A DNA stretch of 64,000 nt from Camelus ferus (GCF_009834535.1 NC_045717.1:22878001-22942000), one strand, 5' to 3'. Positions 29,301 to 48,655 are shown, counted from the stretch's first letter. Notes: generated from the letters alone by a model not told the origin. Made by a program: numbers and translations.

Positions 29301-32300
29301 CCCCCAGGGGGGAGAGGGGTGGGGGGCGTGGCTACCGGCGGGGGCCAGGAAGGGCACAGGTCAGGAAGTGGGGGAAGATGTAGTGAACAAGGACGGATGA
29401 ACGGACGAATGGTGGACGCAATAAAGAAAAAGGACAAAAAAACCAAATGGAGAAAAGACAAAAAAAAAAAAAAAAGTAAGAAAACCACAACTCAAGATGC
29501 ACAATCACACACAGAAAATACATGCAAAGAGCAACACAAAAATCTGGGTGGTGGCAGGAGTGCATTAGATTGTGAGCCAGAAGTCCAGACCCCTCCCTCC
29601 CCACGGATCTCCCACGTCCCTTGCATCCTATACCTGGTACTTAAAACAGGGGGCTTGGGGGCGCAGGGAGGCCCATGTTTCTGCTCCCCCCTGGCTTTCT
29701 GGGCTCACAGTCTAGAAGGTGGAGGGAGAGGCATGCAGGAGTCAAGGTCTCAGACAAATATGGGGCCATCAAGGTCAAGGACAAGCTCAGAGAAGAGTCA
29801 AAGGCATGAAATACCAGAAGGGTCACAGCTGGGGTTTAAGCTGGGGGATTTCATCTATAAACTGAAAAGAGGTATCAAAGTATATGTCACAAGGGATCAA
29901 AAGTATAAAACAGGAGTCAAAGGTATAAACAAAGTGGGGAGGAGAGTAGTTCAAAGGTATAAGCCAGGGGTGTTCAGGTATGTGACTGACGTTGAAAGCC
30001 AAAAATCCCAGGAAAAAACAGCCTGAGGTTGGGGGGCCCAGAGACCCATCGGAGGATTGGAGAGACTCAGGGCAGGCCCTGGGACTGGTGACCCAAGCCC
30101 TCACCCAGCCCCAAATCCCACAGGCAGGCCTTCGCCCAGCATCCTGAGAAGCAGCAGACAGACGCCACAGGCCCCCCTCCTCGCCACCCACCCCTCAGCC
30201 TCGGGGGACTCCCAGGCCAATCGCCCGGCCGCCTTCCTTCCCTCCAGCCTGGGCCAGCAGCCAAGAGGAAAATTCCTGCCCGGGACTCAGCGTTCCGGCA
30301 GCTGGGGCTGACTCAGTGGGGGCCCCTGCTGTCCCCACTCACGTTCATCCCCTCCACCCCAAGGGCCCCGGCTCCCACCTTGTTCTTCTTGCCGAAGGGC
30401 CAGCGCTTAGCACGGCTGCGGCCCGGGCCTCGGAGCTCGGGCCGCCCATCTGAGGGGGTGCCCAGGCTGCTATCTGAGGGCGCTCGGTTCATGGGCTGGC
30501 TGAAGTCTTCAAATTCCACGTCGCCAGGGCGGGCGAAGCCAGATTTGTGCAGTTCAATGAGGACCTGGGAGTCCTGTGGGAGTGGGTGGGAGAGGGCAGT
30601 CAGGGGCAAGACTGGGTGTCCAGCCTTCCGGCTCCTCCTCCTTCTGCCCACCAAGCGGTCCACTTGCCCGGGACCAGGCACCTACATTCTTGGCATCCAC
30701 AGCGTCTGCAGCTACCTTCATGCCCTCCAAACACTTGGCAATGATGGGCACCACCTGCAGCTCAGCCTCTGACAGGAGCCCGTACCCAGCCCCCAGGTGG
30801 GTGGCCCGGCGCTCATCCATGTCCTGAAGCTTCTATAGGGACAGGGGCGGGGGAGTTCTCAGGGGTGCTGGTGGGGGTGCGGTGGCAGAGTGATTCACTC
30901 CACAAGCATGATGGAGAGCCACTCTGGCCCCCAGCCCCAGCCCCAAGCCCAGGCTGGCGGGGAAAACACAGAGATTTCTGGGTCAATGTCATACAGGGCC
31001 ATTTCAGGGGGGACTTTGAGGACCTCCCCTTCTTGCCCAGGGAGGCTTCTTAAAGGAGGTGAAAATGGAGTCAGGGATTGGAAGAAAAAGCAGACCCCGC
31101 ACAGATACTGCCAGTCCCAGGCTTGGGACAGAAGCTGAAACAGAAGTGGGGAAATTCAAGACCTTTGAAGAGGGGTTGTTAGAGCTGAGGTCTGAAAGAG
31201 AGGACAGGAGTTTCAAAAGAAAAGAAAGACCCCTCTGGCAAAAAGAACAGCTTGAGTAAAAGTAGAGCTCACCGTGATTATTTGTTTCTAATTTCCTTTC
31301 AATTCAGAGATTAGGGCATTATAGCTGGGGTTTTTAACAAATGTGTAGGAGTTCGTTAACTGTGTGTCGTCAGGCTGGAGGTTTGAAGCACTCACATCAA
31401 ATATCTGGGGCATCTGGGAAAAGTAGAAGTGAGCCTGGTCTCGGTTGAACCGCTGCAGTTGGGCTGCGTACTCATTTTTGCTTTCTTCTGCCATGTGACT
31501 CCGAAGGTGGGCTTGCTGCTTGGCCTGAGGAATATGGAGGCGGGGGTCACTGCCAGGTCTTGGCCCTGCCCAACCCTGACCCCCAAGCCTGTCTCAGACC
31601 ACACCAGCACCTTCTCCACATCAGCCTTGGTGGCGTTGATATCCTGGTCCAGCCGCTCGGCGGTCTGGGCTGCCTTCTCGGCCTCCCGGCAGTCCCGCTC
31701 AAACTTCCGCTTACTCTGTGTTGGGGACAGAACCAGCATGAAGGAGCCGCCAACCAAGGTTTCAGGGACTGGCGGGACATCACCCAGCAAGTGGGGGTGG
31801 GGGCAACAGGCAGGTTGGAAACCCACAGAGGAGGAGGGGTCTGGGCCAGACAAAGAGGGTATCTCAGTGGATCAGCAACCCTCAGCCCGCTCCTCAGGAC
31901 CAGAGCCACCCTTCTCCACACCCACAAACTCACATTCTCCAGCTGTTTGAAGCCACCTTCCAGCTGCTGCTGGGCCCGACGGCCTTCTTGGAAGTGCTGT
32001 GGAAAGAGGACAGATAAGGTTCACCCCAGTTGCAGGGGCCCTCGGGAAGTCCCAGGGAGGGGATCACCCACCATCTTTCTCTCCTGCTTCATCTCCTGTG
32101 AGTACTTGGCCAGCTCGAGACACACACGGACACTGAGGTTCTCAGCCACCAGCTCCCGCTGACCAGCAAAATCATTCACCTCCTGGAGAATCTGCACGAA
32201 GGACTGTTGTTGGCTGAACCTTTGGGGTGGGGGGAGTGGAGGAGGCACGGGCTGAGGGTCAGGGTCCCTGGAGCCAGATGCCCCAGGACCCACCTCCATT

Positions 32301-34533
32301 TGAGAAAGGGTAAGCCCCAAGACATTGACCCCAGAAGCAATGATACATTCTGGTCCACCATCCTTATTGCCAACCTTTGAGTGAGACACAGAACTCAGAA
32401 TTTTGGGGGTTTTAAAAAGCGAATAAGATGCTTATACCATCTTTTATGCATCACCCTAGTGGTGTCAGCGGCAGCATTTTGTAACCAAACACTCTAAGTA
32501 TTTTTGCAGTGGGAAGTATTGACATTCACGCTCAGTAGGATAAAAAAGCAAGACTGTAACTGTAATTAATTAACATTAAGTCAGTTCGGGCCTCCAAACA
32601 AGTTACCAGAAAAACTTAATTTCTAGAGCTTTTTGAATGCTGGAACCGGGGGCCTAGAATAAAGTGAAATGGGCTGGGCATTGTTGTAACACATCTTATG
32701 CTTCGCATGAGCCCCTACAAGGCCGTCATCATCATCATCATTCCTGATTCACAGGTGAGGAAAACAGAGGCACAAAAACTCCGTCACTTGCCCAGGGTCA
32801 CTCATTGAGTAACTGCTGGAGCCTCTCCCATTTAATAGGGGAGGAAAATGGAGGCGGAGAGCTTGAGTAAACTGGATAAAGCAGTCGGGCTAGAAAGTAG
32901 TGGATTTAAAGCTCCAACCCAAGTAATACGGTTCCTGCATCCAAGCTCAGATCTCTAGGTGGACTTGAGGTGAGAGGTGGGGGACCGGTTTGGGTTTGGG
33001 TGGTCCAGCTTGAGGGAGAGGAAGTGGGTCCAACACCCTCTACCCTCCCAAATTTAGCCCTGCAGCCCCTTCATTCTTACTTGGATTCAGGGTCATCTTT
33101 GGTAGGTCTCTTGGGCAGATATTTTTTCACCAAGCTCCTACAGAGAGAGGCAGGAAGGCTGAGCCCCCAGCCCTCCAACCGCTCCCCCTAACCCAAGGGC
33201 GCGTCCACCCTAGGGTCTCACCGCAACTGCTTTGCATAAGCCTGCTCCACCTCGGTCCGCTCTTTCACGAACTTCACGTATCTGTCCAACAGGTCCAGTC
33301 CCCATTGCGTGTGCCGCTCAAGCACCTCAAACTGATCCTAGCGGGGGATTGAGAGGACTAGGGTCAAGATCCTGCGACCCCACAGCCCGCCGACCAGGCG
33401 CAGGGGAGCCTCAAGGCTCCGAGCTCCAAGAAGGAGTGGCTTCCCGGCCCCGCCCCGGAGCGGCGCGGGGGGAGGCAGGAAACCGGCGGGAACCCCCTCC
33501 CCTTCCCGGGAAGGACCAGGGAACAGGGGCGGGGCCCCAGCCGGACTACAGGGTCCCCTCTCCCGACGGCCAAGAGGGGTGTGGAATGGGGCAAGGCCAC
33601 ACCCCCTGCCTCAGCTCCCCTAATCCCCCCCAGATTCTGGAAAATCCGGCCGGCCCGGCGTGAGTCAGGGCCAGAGGGGCAGGGTTCCCCGAAGCTTGGG
33701 GGGCCCCAGAATGGCCAGAGGGCAGGCACCAGGTTCCCCCGGTCGCCATGCTTCCCTGGATCCCCTGAGGGGGCATTCAGATCCGCTCATTGACTCCACT
33801 GCACCTCCAAAAGAAATCCCAGAGTTGGGGTGGGGGGCGATCTAGTTACCCCGGGGCACCCAGGAACCCAGGAGTGTCACCGCCCCCCAGAAAGAGGAGG
33901 AATTAGAGGTCCCGGTTTGGATAGGTGAATTCCTGGGGCTTCCACAGCAGAGGTTAAAGGCGGCCTGGTGGCGGCCCCTCCCAGGGCCTGGGGCGGATGG
34001 CGGGAGGGGGCTGAGGCCGAGCCCCGCAGCCCCCTCCCCCCTACAGCGTCCCCAAGCCCCTAATTGTTGATTAGAGGCGACGAAAGGGAGGTCAGGACTT
34101 CCAGGTCCCACGTGGGTTTGAAAGTAGCCAGAGGGTCCCCTCCCCCGCCCCAGCCGGACAGGCGGACGGCGGGCAGGGACCCAGGGGCCGTAAGATAAGC
34201 CGCCGGCCCAGACCAGGGTGCTCAAAATAGGTGACCTCTCCCGGCCGCCCCGGCCTGATCCCAGGGCTTCTTCTGCCCTCCTCACTCTGAACCCCTTACC
34301 TCAGTTTCCCTACTCCACTCCTGCAAGGTCGCCCTCCGCTCCCAGGCGTCCCGAAACGCCCTGGGAAACTCCGAATGGGGGCGGAGAGCGGGGATTCCGG
34401 GGATCGGTGGAAGAGAAAGAGAAGAGCCCCCGCTAGGGTACTGCAGGGGCAAAGTGGGGGTCTAGACTCCAGGAAGAGAAAAACTTGGAGCCAGGCCAAT
34501 CGGACTCACCCACAGTTCGGTGCCCCAATCCAT
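26301..34533 (-). CDS. TRIP10: Cdc42-interacting protein 4 (F-BAR, HR1, SH3); 604 aa with the cassette exon, 548 aa without
   Basis: Exons in transcript order: 34533-34510, 33337-33222, 33137-33081, 32219-32072, 31996-31934, 31715-31611, 31524-31396, 30832-30686, 30573-30379, [29331-29164], 28901-28792, 27258-27126, 26903-26755, 26671-26550, 26449-26301. Total 1815 nt, all [21 protein letters not shown]... to ...[13 protein letters not shown]. Confidence 0.96.
28200..28740 (-). mobile_element. Old L1M fragment with a nested younger L1 3' tip (about 28330-28430)
   Basis: ATATTGAACCATCTTTGCAT, GGATTTTGCATCTA, GGTAGGAATCACCTATAAATCCATC; nested TTTTTAAGTGTACAGTTC. Confidence 0.55.
29164..29331 (-). 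CDS. TRIP10: TRIP10 alternative cassette exon (56 aa, phase 0-0)
   Basis: [56 protein letters not shown], with TAG acceptor and GTAAGT donor. Matches the 56-aa insert of long CIP4 isoforms. Confidence 0.92.
32390..32640. mobile_element. TcMar-Tigger non-autonomous element (MER46C-like)
   Basis: AATCAAACAC-like / ATTCACGCTCAGTAGGATAAA / AGAGCTTTTTGAAT pattern; family from memory. Confidence 0.4.
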
Positions 34534-35300
34534 GCTGCTCCCGCCGATGCAGACGTCGCCGCACCCGGTCCCCGCCGCCCGCCGCCCTCCGAGGGGAGAC
34601 TCAGCCCAGGGCGGTGAGCCGGGCCCCGCCCCGCTCAGGCCCCGCCCACTCCAGTCTCAGTCACGCCCCATAGACTCTGCCACGCCCCCGCCCGCGCGGA
34701 GTCACTGCACAGCCCCCTGAAGGTGGGGCCCCCAAAGAGGCGGGGCTCAACGGACGCCCCGCCCCCTCTTAAAGAAACGTCGCCACCCGACGCCGCTGGA
34801 CAGACTCCTTAAAGGACCCCCACCCATTTTCCAAATCCCCTGAAACCCTCTTGTCCTCCCCACCCCTGCTCCGCCCCGGACTGTTTTTCCTTTCCTCTTT
34901 CCTATCAACTATTCCTTAAAGTGCCAAGACAATAAAATCCCAACTCAAGAGGTCCTTCCCCCACCCCGTCGCAGGGAGAACCTGAGGTCACCCGGCTCTT
35001 GCGGGCCGGCCCGGCTCCAGACGTCTACGGTCGTCCCACTAATGGTCTGGTCCCTCCGGCCACAGGGCGGATGGGAGGACTTCGATCCTGCCCAGGACGC
35101 GCCTCCGCCAAGGCTGGGTCCATTAGTGCCCCCACCGCATCCTGCTTCCCTCCCTAAAGTCTGCTCTGGGAAACTGAGGACAGGCCGTCCTTGGGGCGCC
35201 GGGCCCAGGCCTTTCCCCGGCTTCCGTCCAGTTCGTGCTTGCACCTGCCCATTTTCCAGTTGCATCCATTAAGGCCAAATCAGGTTTAATTGTCTGCACC
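33250..35300. promoter_or_regulatory. TRIP10: CpG island and GC-box promoter of TRIP10
   Basis: Dense CpG, multiple GGGGCGGGG boxes (e.g. 34618-34650, 34740-34770) around exon 1. Confidence 0.75.
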
Positions 35301-36774
35301 GACCCTGGGATTCCGACTCCGACCCCAACGACCCCCGCCCCTCCTCCCACACTCGAGCCCTGGTGTTTTGGAAGTCTGTCACCTCCCTCATAAAAGTCTG
35401 TTCACACCTTGTTAATCCCTTTGAGGCACTGGGATGAAAGGGGAGAGATCCCGGCAGCAACTGCCTTCATCTTCTCCCGCCTTTGGTTCTTCTCTTTGGC
35501 TACTGAGGTGACAGTTGCCCTGCTGGGGCTGGGGGTTCCGGGCCCCATGGGGACAAGTTAGGCACCGAGGCTCCGGTCTCCCAGTACAAAGACCGGGGAG
35601 CCCAGGAAGATAGCTCCAGGAGCCCACACTGGGACCGATGGCTCTGCGGGGACCTGGCCCCACCTGCTGGTGGCTTCTGAGTTAGAACACCTCAAATTGC
35701 AGAGTAGACTTGTGCTCCAGAGGTTGAAGGATCAGAATAGTCAGGAGCTCAGCCCGGGGTCTGGGATTCGGTAGTTCAGCCTGGGGGTAGGGTCTCAGAT
35801 CTAACTGAAATTGGGATTTATCCCAGGAGGGGATCACAGTTAGGATGGGGTTTGACTGAGATCGGAGGCTTAGCAGAGGGGTCAGCCACCCAGTTGAAGG
35901 CCTGCGACTCAAACTAAGGTCCAGGGTCCAGTCCTAATCTGAGGTCAGGACTCAGTCCCAGTGGGAGCTCAGCCAGAGATTAAGGGTCAGTATAGGTTAA
36001 GGGTAGAAGGAGACGGGGGAGTCTGGGTTTCAGGCTCAGGTCGGGGTTCAGCTGCAGGTAGGGAGCTCAGTCTTGGGCCGGGGTTCAGCCTGAGTCAAGA
36101 CCAGCCTGGGATCTGGGGGTGGGCCTCCTGCGCCTCACTCCAGAATAGGATTCATCTAAGGCTGGGGATTCAGCCTGAGATCACAGGTCATCCTAGGGTT
36201 AAGGTTTAGCTTGGGGGCAGGTTTTGGCCTCTCAGTGGATCAGGAAGATTAGGAGAACAGGACAGGCTTTAGCAAATGCGTGTGTTTACCAAAACCCTGA
36301 GCTTTGGCTGGGAGCCACATCCCCAGGGTAAGAAAGAGGAAGTCCGTCCTTAGGGATACTGGGAAATGTAGTTTATTAAATGCCCTATTGAGCTATCGGC
36401 TCCCACTGCATTCCGGGTACTGTAGTTCTGAACCAGTCTGTCAGTTACGAGTGGGTGGAGGAATTCCCCTCCGGGGACCGGATATTAGATCTACCACAAT
36501 TGGTTGGATGGACTGTTTATCAGATTATATCCGGGACAATCTTTCTAATGATTGGTGACGGTGGAGGCGGGATTAAGCGAAATCCTCACTCCCATTCGGA
36601 GCCGCTGTTGTCCATTTGGTGTCGTATAGGGAGGGCTTGCGAGGAAAAGAGCGCTGACTGGTTGAGCGGGCCGAAAACGCTATTAGGTCGGCCCCCACCG
36701 TGCAGCGATTGGCTCACCGGTAGGCGGGCCCGGAGGCGCCAGAGGCGGTGTCAGGGGAGGAGGTGGCTCCAGAG

Positions 36775-43036
<6,262 letters not shown>

Positions 43037-43426
43037 TGATGTCCCCACCTCGGACAGTCCTTCGTCCTCCTTCGTCCTCTCCTCACACGTTCCTCACTGT
43101 AGCATCTCCCAGAGCGCGGCTGGGAGGAGGAGGAGGGGGCCAGTGCTCGTACGGCACCCAGCTCCCCGAGACCCGAGTTCCTGGAGCCTGTCCCGAAGAA
43201 GACAGACAGCCTCCCACCGCCTCAAGTGCTGAGCAGCCCTGTCCCCACCCGGGACCACCCCCTACTTGCAGCTGTACAATGATGACCAGTCTGTTTTCCT
43301 GCCCCGGGTTCTTGCCTCTCTGAGGCGTGAGCGCTAACGGAGAGGCTGTGTTTGAAGTTTGGAGACGCGTGCTGGGGGCGGGGTGAGGGGGGCGGGAGAG
43401 GGCTCAGCACCCACTGCTTTGCAGTC

Positions 43427-43432
43427 AATAAA
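43427..43432 (+). terminator. GPR108: GPR108 poly(A) signal AATAAA
   Basis: Canonical hexamer 390 nt after the stop, followed by GT-rich sequence. Confidence 0.85.
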
Positions 43433-44559
43433 TGTTAATGGAGTGACTGCTGCATGTTGGGTCCCGTGCTGGGTGCTGCGGGCGGTGCCGCGACCCAGAC
43501 CGCCCAGTCCCAGCACTCGTGTCGCCGGACGTTTTCATCACAGGGCCCTGGCCCGGCCTGGGGAATCAGAGGTGAACAGAGAAGTGAGGAAAGGATGCAG
43601 AGGAGGGGACGACACGTGCAAAGGCTGGAGGGGTTGAAAGGCCCACAGGAAGCCAAGTGATTGCTATATGCCACACCCTATTCTAAGGCCTCCATAGTCT
43701 TTAACTGATTCAAAATCTTAGGCAGCACAGAGAGTCTGTGTAATTTGCCCAAGGTGACACAGCGAGCAAATTGTTGGAAGGCTCAGGACTCAAATGGCCA
43801 GCAGTCTGGTTCCAGAGCTGTCCTTTACCACCGTGTGCACCGCCCCTCTGCACCTAGGCTCCCGGCCACCAAGCCTCTTGACCTTGCTCCCTATTTGGTG
43901 TGTGACCCTGTGAAGCGGCTTAATCTCTCTGTTTCCTGGCATGTAAAATGGGGACCCTGTAGAGTTGAGTGTCACGGGTGGTAGTGGGAGTCAGTGGCTC
44001 AGCACAGTGCCCTCCCACACAGCCTGGCCTTTCCTGGATTTCCCTGAAGCTTCAGGGATCACGGCAGGTTAGAGATGCAGCTGCACACACCTGCAGTCAG
44101 GCTCCCAGGATGCATTTCTTCCCCCGCCATGCTTCATCCTTTAACTCAAACACTAGACCTCTTTTGGAGCTCTGAGCGCTATTCCTTGGTGTGTGTGGGG
44201 GGCGGGGCACAGTCATGGGACAGGGGAAGGGAACCAGGGCTGAGGTCAAGGTTTCCTGCAAGCGGAAACATGTATAACTGGGGCCCAGATGAACATATAG
44301 CCCAGCCAGACAAAGAAGGAAGTGGGAAGGCATTGCAGACTGAGGAAGTTATGCAGCAAGGCAATGCCCAGAATAGCTTGCGAGTTGTGCTGCAGGTCTG
44401 GCTGGGGCCAGTGGAGGGACAAGGGCAGCCGGCGGCAGCCTGAAGATAGGCAGACACACTTGGACTGGATGCTGGGTCTCACAGAGCCAAGGAAGAGTTT
44501 AAAGCATGGAGAGATATGGCCACACAGGGTGGATGTTTTACTCCACATGAATGCTGGGA

Positions 44560-45022
44560 GAGGCAGACTCATGACTCCTCCAGCGTGTCCCCATCCTGAC
44601 CCCCAGAACCCATGATTATGTTCCCTTACATGACAAGAGCCACTTTGCAGGTATGATTAAATGAAGGATCTCAGAATGAGGGATAATTCTGGGTTTCTCT
44701 GGTGGACACATTGTCATCACAAGGATCATTTTAGGGATGCAGTGGGGTCAGGATCAGAGAATGAGATGTGATGCTGGAAACAGGCTAGAATTTTGTGCTT
44801 TGAAGATGCAGGAAGGGACCACAAGCCAAGGGATGCAGGCAGCCCCTAGAAGCTGGAAAAGGCCAGAAACAGATTCTTTCCGAGAGCCTCCATAGGAAAC
44901 AGCCCTGCTCACACCTTAATTTCAAACTCCTGCCCTCTAGAACTGTAAGATTCTAAAAATGTATTGTTTTAAGCTCCCAGGGTTGTAATCGTTTGTTACA
45001 GCAGCGGTCAGAAGCTCATACA
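44560..45022 (+). mobile_element. MaLR LTR (MLT1D-like)
   Basis: CCCCAGAACC...TTTGCAGGTATGATTAA...CAAGCCAAGGGATGCAGGCAGCCCCTAGAAGCTGGAAAAGGC...TTGTTACAGCAGC...ATACA. Confidence 0.8.
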
Positions 45023-46133
45023 GTTTAGGAACGTGAACGCCAGAGCCCAGCTGCCAGGGTTTAAATTCCAGTTCTTACCAGCTAGAGGATCTTGGGCAAG
45101 TGGCCAAAGCCCCAAGTTTCTTTGTAAAATGGGGACAGTGATAGCACCTAAGGCATTTGGAATAAACAAGATGCGAGAAATTGACGCTGCCGCTGAGCCT
45201 CACGGTTCACGGTCACGAGCACCTATGCCTGTATTATACATCTTAATTCTGTAAAAGGAACGCAAAGGTGTGTTTTAGGGAAAAGTCTCCCATTGCTATG
45301 GACTAGATGAACTGGAGGAGATGAGCCTACGCCAGAAAGGCCAGGGACCACAAGGGCAGGGAGAAGGGATTGGCTGAGAGACGGTCTAAGGGTCAGGGGC
45401 TGGTCGCGGAGGACGAGGAAGATGGAGGACATGGGAACCCTGGCTCGGAGACCCAGTGGGACTGCCACTGAAACATGGCAAGAGAGAGGAGAAGCAGGTG
45501 TCAGCAAAAATTAAAAACCAGCTAAAGCACGTCGTGGGCTGGCCATGTGCCGGGCACCGGGCTGAGCCCTCGGCTTGTAGGCACCGTAACCCCAAGACCC
45601 AGAGGGAGGTTCTGTGGCTCTGAATGTCTAATTTACAGATTAGGCGTCAAGGCTGGGAGGAGGCAGAGCTGGAGTCAAAATCTCTGGCCCCTGAGTCTTC
45701 CAGGGTGAGGGTCCCTGGTGCCCAGGGGGCCTCAGCTGGGTAAGTATGAGGGGGGTAGGGGGAGGAGCCAGAGGGCAGGCGGACTGGCTCAACCAGGTCA
45801 AGGTTAACTACGAGTTAATGAGTAATGGGTTGGGGGAGAAGGAGAAGCCCAGGCTGCTGGGGGAGGGGGGTGTGGAGGGGAGGCCTGGCTGTGAGTCCTG
45901 GAGAGAAATTCCCAGAAAGCAGTGTAGCAAGGACCACATCCAGGAGCGGGGGCAGGGAAGGGGGGTCCCTGCTGCTCCCAGGCCTGGCCGCACCTGTGTG
46001 AGGGAAGGGTGGGTATGGGGTGCCGCCAAGAGATAACCGCACCCAGGCAGGTGCGTGGGGGGTGGGGGGTGCCTGGGCTCCCCCTCCAGAAATCATGCCC
46101 ATTGTTTTCCCTTTATTCTCTCTGCACCCCAGC

Positions 46134-46200
46134 TAGGGCTGCCAGAAAAATACAGGCTTTCCAGTTAAATTTGAATTTCAGATAAACAACAAATAACTTG
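46134..46200 (+). mobile_element. MER53 fragment
   Basis: AGGGCTGCCAGAAAAATACAGG...CCAGTTAAATTTGAATTTCAGATAAACAAC. Confidence 0.7.
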
Positions 46201-48339
46201 GTTGGTATAAGAATGTTCCAGATTTCCCTGGTTCCCTAAATAGGACCAGCCCAGGCAGCCTCGCTTTCCCCCACTCCAAGCCAGGAAAGCCTCCTCTCTC
46301 CCTCCCCTGCTAGGCTTGTGGTGAGGGGCCACCATCCTCCTCCCAGACTTCTGGGTGCAAACGTGCATTCCCCAGGGAAAAGCCGGGAAGGATTCTGACT
46401 CTCACCGCCTTGCCTCCCAGGAGACCTCGCTCCATCCCTCTGGTCACTTCCTGGAAGTCAGGGCCAGGACCCTTCCCAGACCTCCACCACCACGGGCAGG
46501 AGCCTTCCCTCCAAGCCCAGGGCTCCGAGGCATCTGAGTTCATTTAATTTTCAAAACAGCAGAAACTATCATCAGTCCCATTGTTCAGATGGACTAACTG
46601 AGGTTCCAAGGAAGGAGCCCAGCCTCCCAGGGAAATGGAAGTAAGCTGGAATTCCTTCTCAAACCACAGAGCCCGAATGCTTAAGGCTATAATGAAACCA
46701 AGAAAAGGAGTGGGGGGTTTTCTGATGGGGGGCAGAGGAGGAAAACAAAGCACTGGGGGATGAGGGGATTGTAGCAGGTTTCAGAAGTGGCACCCCCATT
46801 CTGGAGGGTAAGCAGGTGTTTGCCTCTCCCGCCTCCTCCTCTTCCAAGGAAAGGATGTCGCAATCAAAGCAGACATAAGCCAGGTTTGTTCTGTTTCTCC
46901 ACGCCTCCCCGCTGGCCTCCCCCCTGACCGGGCCATGGTGTATAGCCAGGAAAAGAGCATGGTTTACAGGAAATCAGAGTGAGTTCGCCATTAACCCCTT
47001 AAAGGAGCTTTGGAAACCAGCCCCTCAGGGATCTGGGTTTGCCTATCCACACACCATCCCCTCCTTCACCTGGACTTCACATATTCCTGCCCCAGATGTT
47101 CAGCCTCCTGGGAATTAAATTAAAATGACACTGAGGCAAAAATCCAAAGGTTTTACCAACATGCCCTCGAGGGGAGGCTGTGAGGAAATTGGCAATTTTG
47201 CGCAGGGCCAGCAAGCATGCAAATCACTATACTGTTGGAGGGGAACTGAGACATATCTAGCAAGATTACTGTTGCGCACAGACTTTGATCCCAGGTTATC
47301 TCTTCTCCTTGCAGTAAGAACTCTTTGAAGCTGCTGCTATGATAAAACCCCCCTTTACAGGAGGAAACTGAGGCTCAGATGGCTATCAGTAACTTGCCCA
47401 AAGTTTACCACCTCATAATAGTGAGAACTGGAAAATAATACAAGTTCAAGATTACCCCGTGGAGGGAGCATGGTTTGGAACAATGGAAGTCTGTCTGTCC
47501 ATCAGTAGGTGGCTGGTTATTTTCACACAAGGCAGTGAAACAGTCGCCGGTAAGAACAAGGAAGTTGTGCACTGATAGGAAACAATCTCTAAGGTATCTT
47601 GTTTATGAACAAGCAAGGTGTGACCCGGGGAGAGGAGGCAGGGCAGTGTGTGGAGCTTGCTGGCACTTGGTTTTTTTTTAATTTGCAAACACTTGTAAAT
47701 GCACAAGAATAGGAGCTGGAGAAGGATTACCTCTTCCCTGTGTATTTACTTTTACCTTTAAGACGTTGAGCCATATAACTTTATTACCTACTCATACACA
47801 AAAAACTAAAGTTTCATAACACTATCCTAAGACGATATTGATGTAAGACAAAAACTAGCAATGAGACCGTCCTCAATTATGATTTTGATAAACCCTCATA
47901 GTCACTCGGGCCCCTTGACAAGAATATATGAAGGGAGCTCCAGGCTCTCCTTGCCCTAGAAAACCTTCTCAACTGGATAGTGAACTCCTACACATACTTC
48001 AAAGTCCAGCTAAAATGTTCTCTCCTCCAAGAAGCCTTCCCTGACCCTCTAAGAAACAGAGTTCTTCTCCACTGAGGAAGCCACCCCATGGGGCTACGAG
48101 TGTCAGTGCTGGACTCCGTCCCCCACCCTCAACTCCAGCATGGAAGGTTCTAGAAGTGGGACTCTAGCTACCAGCATAAAGATGGACTCACAGGAAGGAT
48201 TTGGTTAATAAATGCATGGCCAAAAGTGGACTGAAGACCAGGCCCAGATATTTGGGGTTGGGTGGGGCTGGGGGGGTGTCTCTGCCCTCGGTTTTCCTCT
48301 GCTATAAAATGAGTGTCACAGGGAAAGGTCCCTATTCGC

Positions 48340-48565
48340 CAGCTGGCCTTGACCCTGAAAAAGGCCAGGGCAGGAGGCTGCTGTGTTTCTCCTGTTGCAG
48401 GAGGACATGCCCTTGGGTTACTTACCCCAGGCCCCTGCTGGCCCTGCAGATTGAAAAATTTAGGAAACGTATTGAGAAATCTGGGGCAGCCCCAGGGAGG
48501 GGGGAGGCTGCAGGGAGAGGAGGGCTGGGCTGAGGAGGGGAAAAGGGGGGAGCCAGATAAAAGGC
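48340..48565 (+). promoter_or_regulatory. C3: C3 proximal promoter: NR5A-type site, IR1 (FXR-type) element, C/EBP sites, TATA-like box
   Basis: TGGCCTTGA 48344-48352 (TCAAGGCCA on minus strand); GGGTTAcTTACCC 48415-48427; TTTAGGAAAC near 48459 and ATTGAGAAAT 48471-48480; GATAAAA 48556-48562. C/EBP and FXR control of C3 is established; the site assignments here are by motif only. Confidence 0.7.
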
Positions 48566-48655
48566 AGCCTCCAGCAGCCCCAACTCACTCCTCCCCGTCC
48601 TCTCCCTCAGTCCCTCTGCCCCTTTGCCCCTCTGTCCCTCCACTGCCCCTGCACC

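Noticed and set aside
29283-30026. 247-aa Lys/Gly-rich ORF antisense to TRIP10
   Set aside because: Results from the purine-rich complement of a pyrimidine-rich intron, includes a poly-A run, and has no recognisable domain or splice context.
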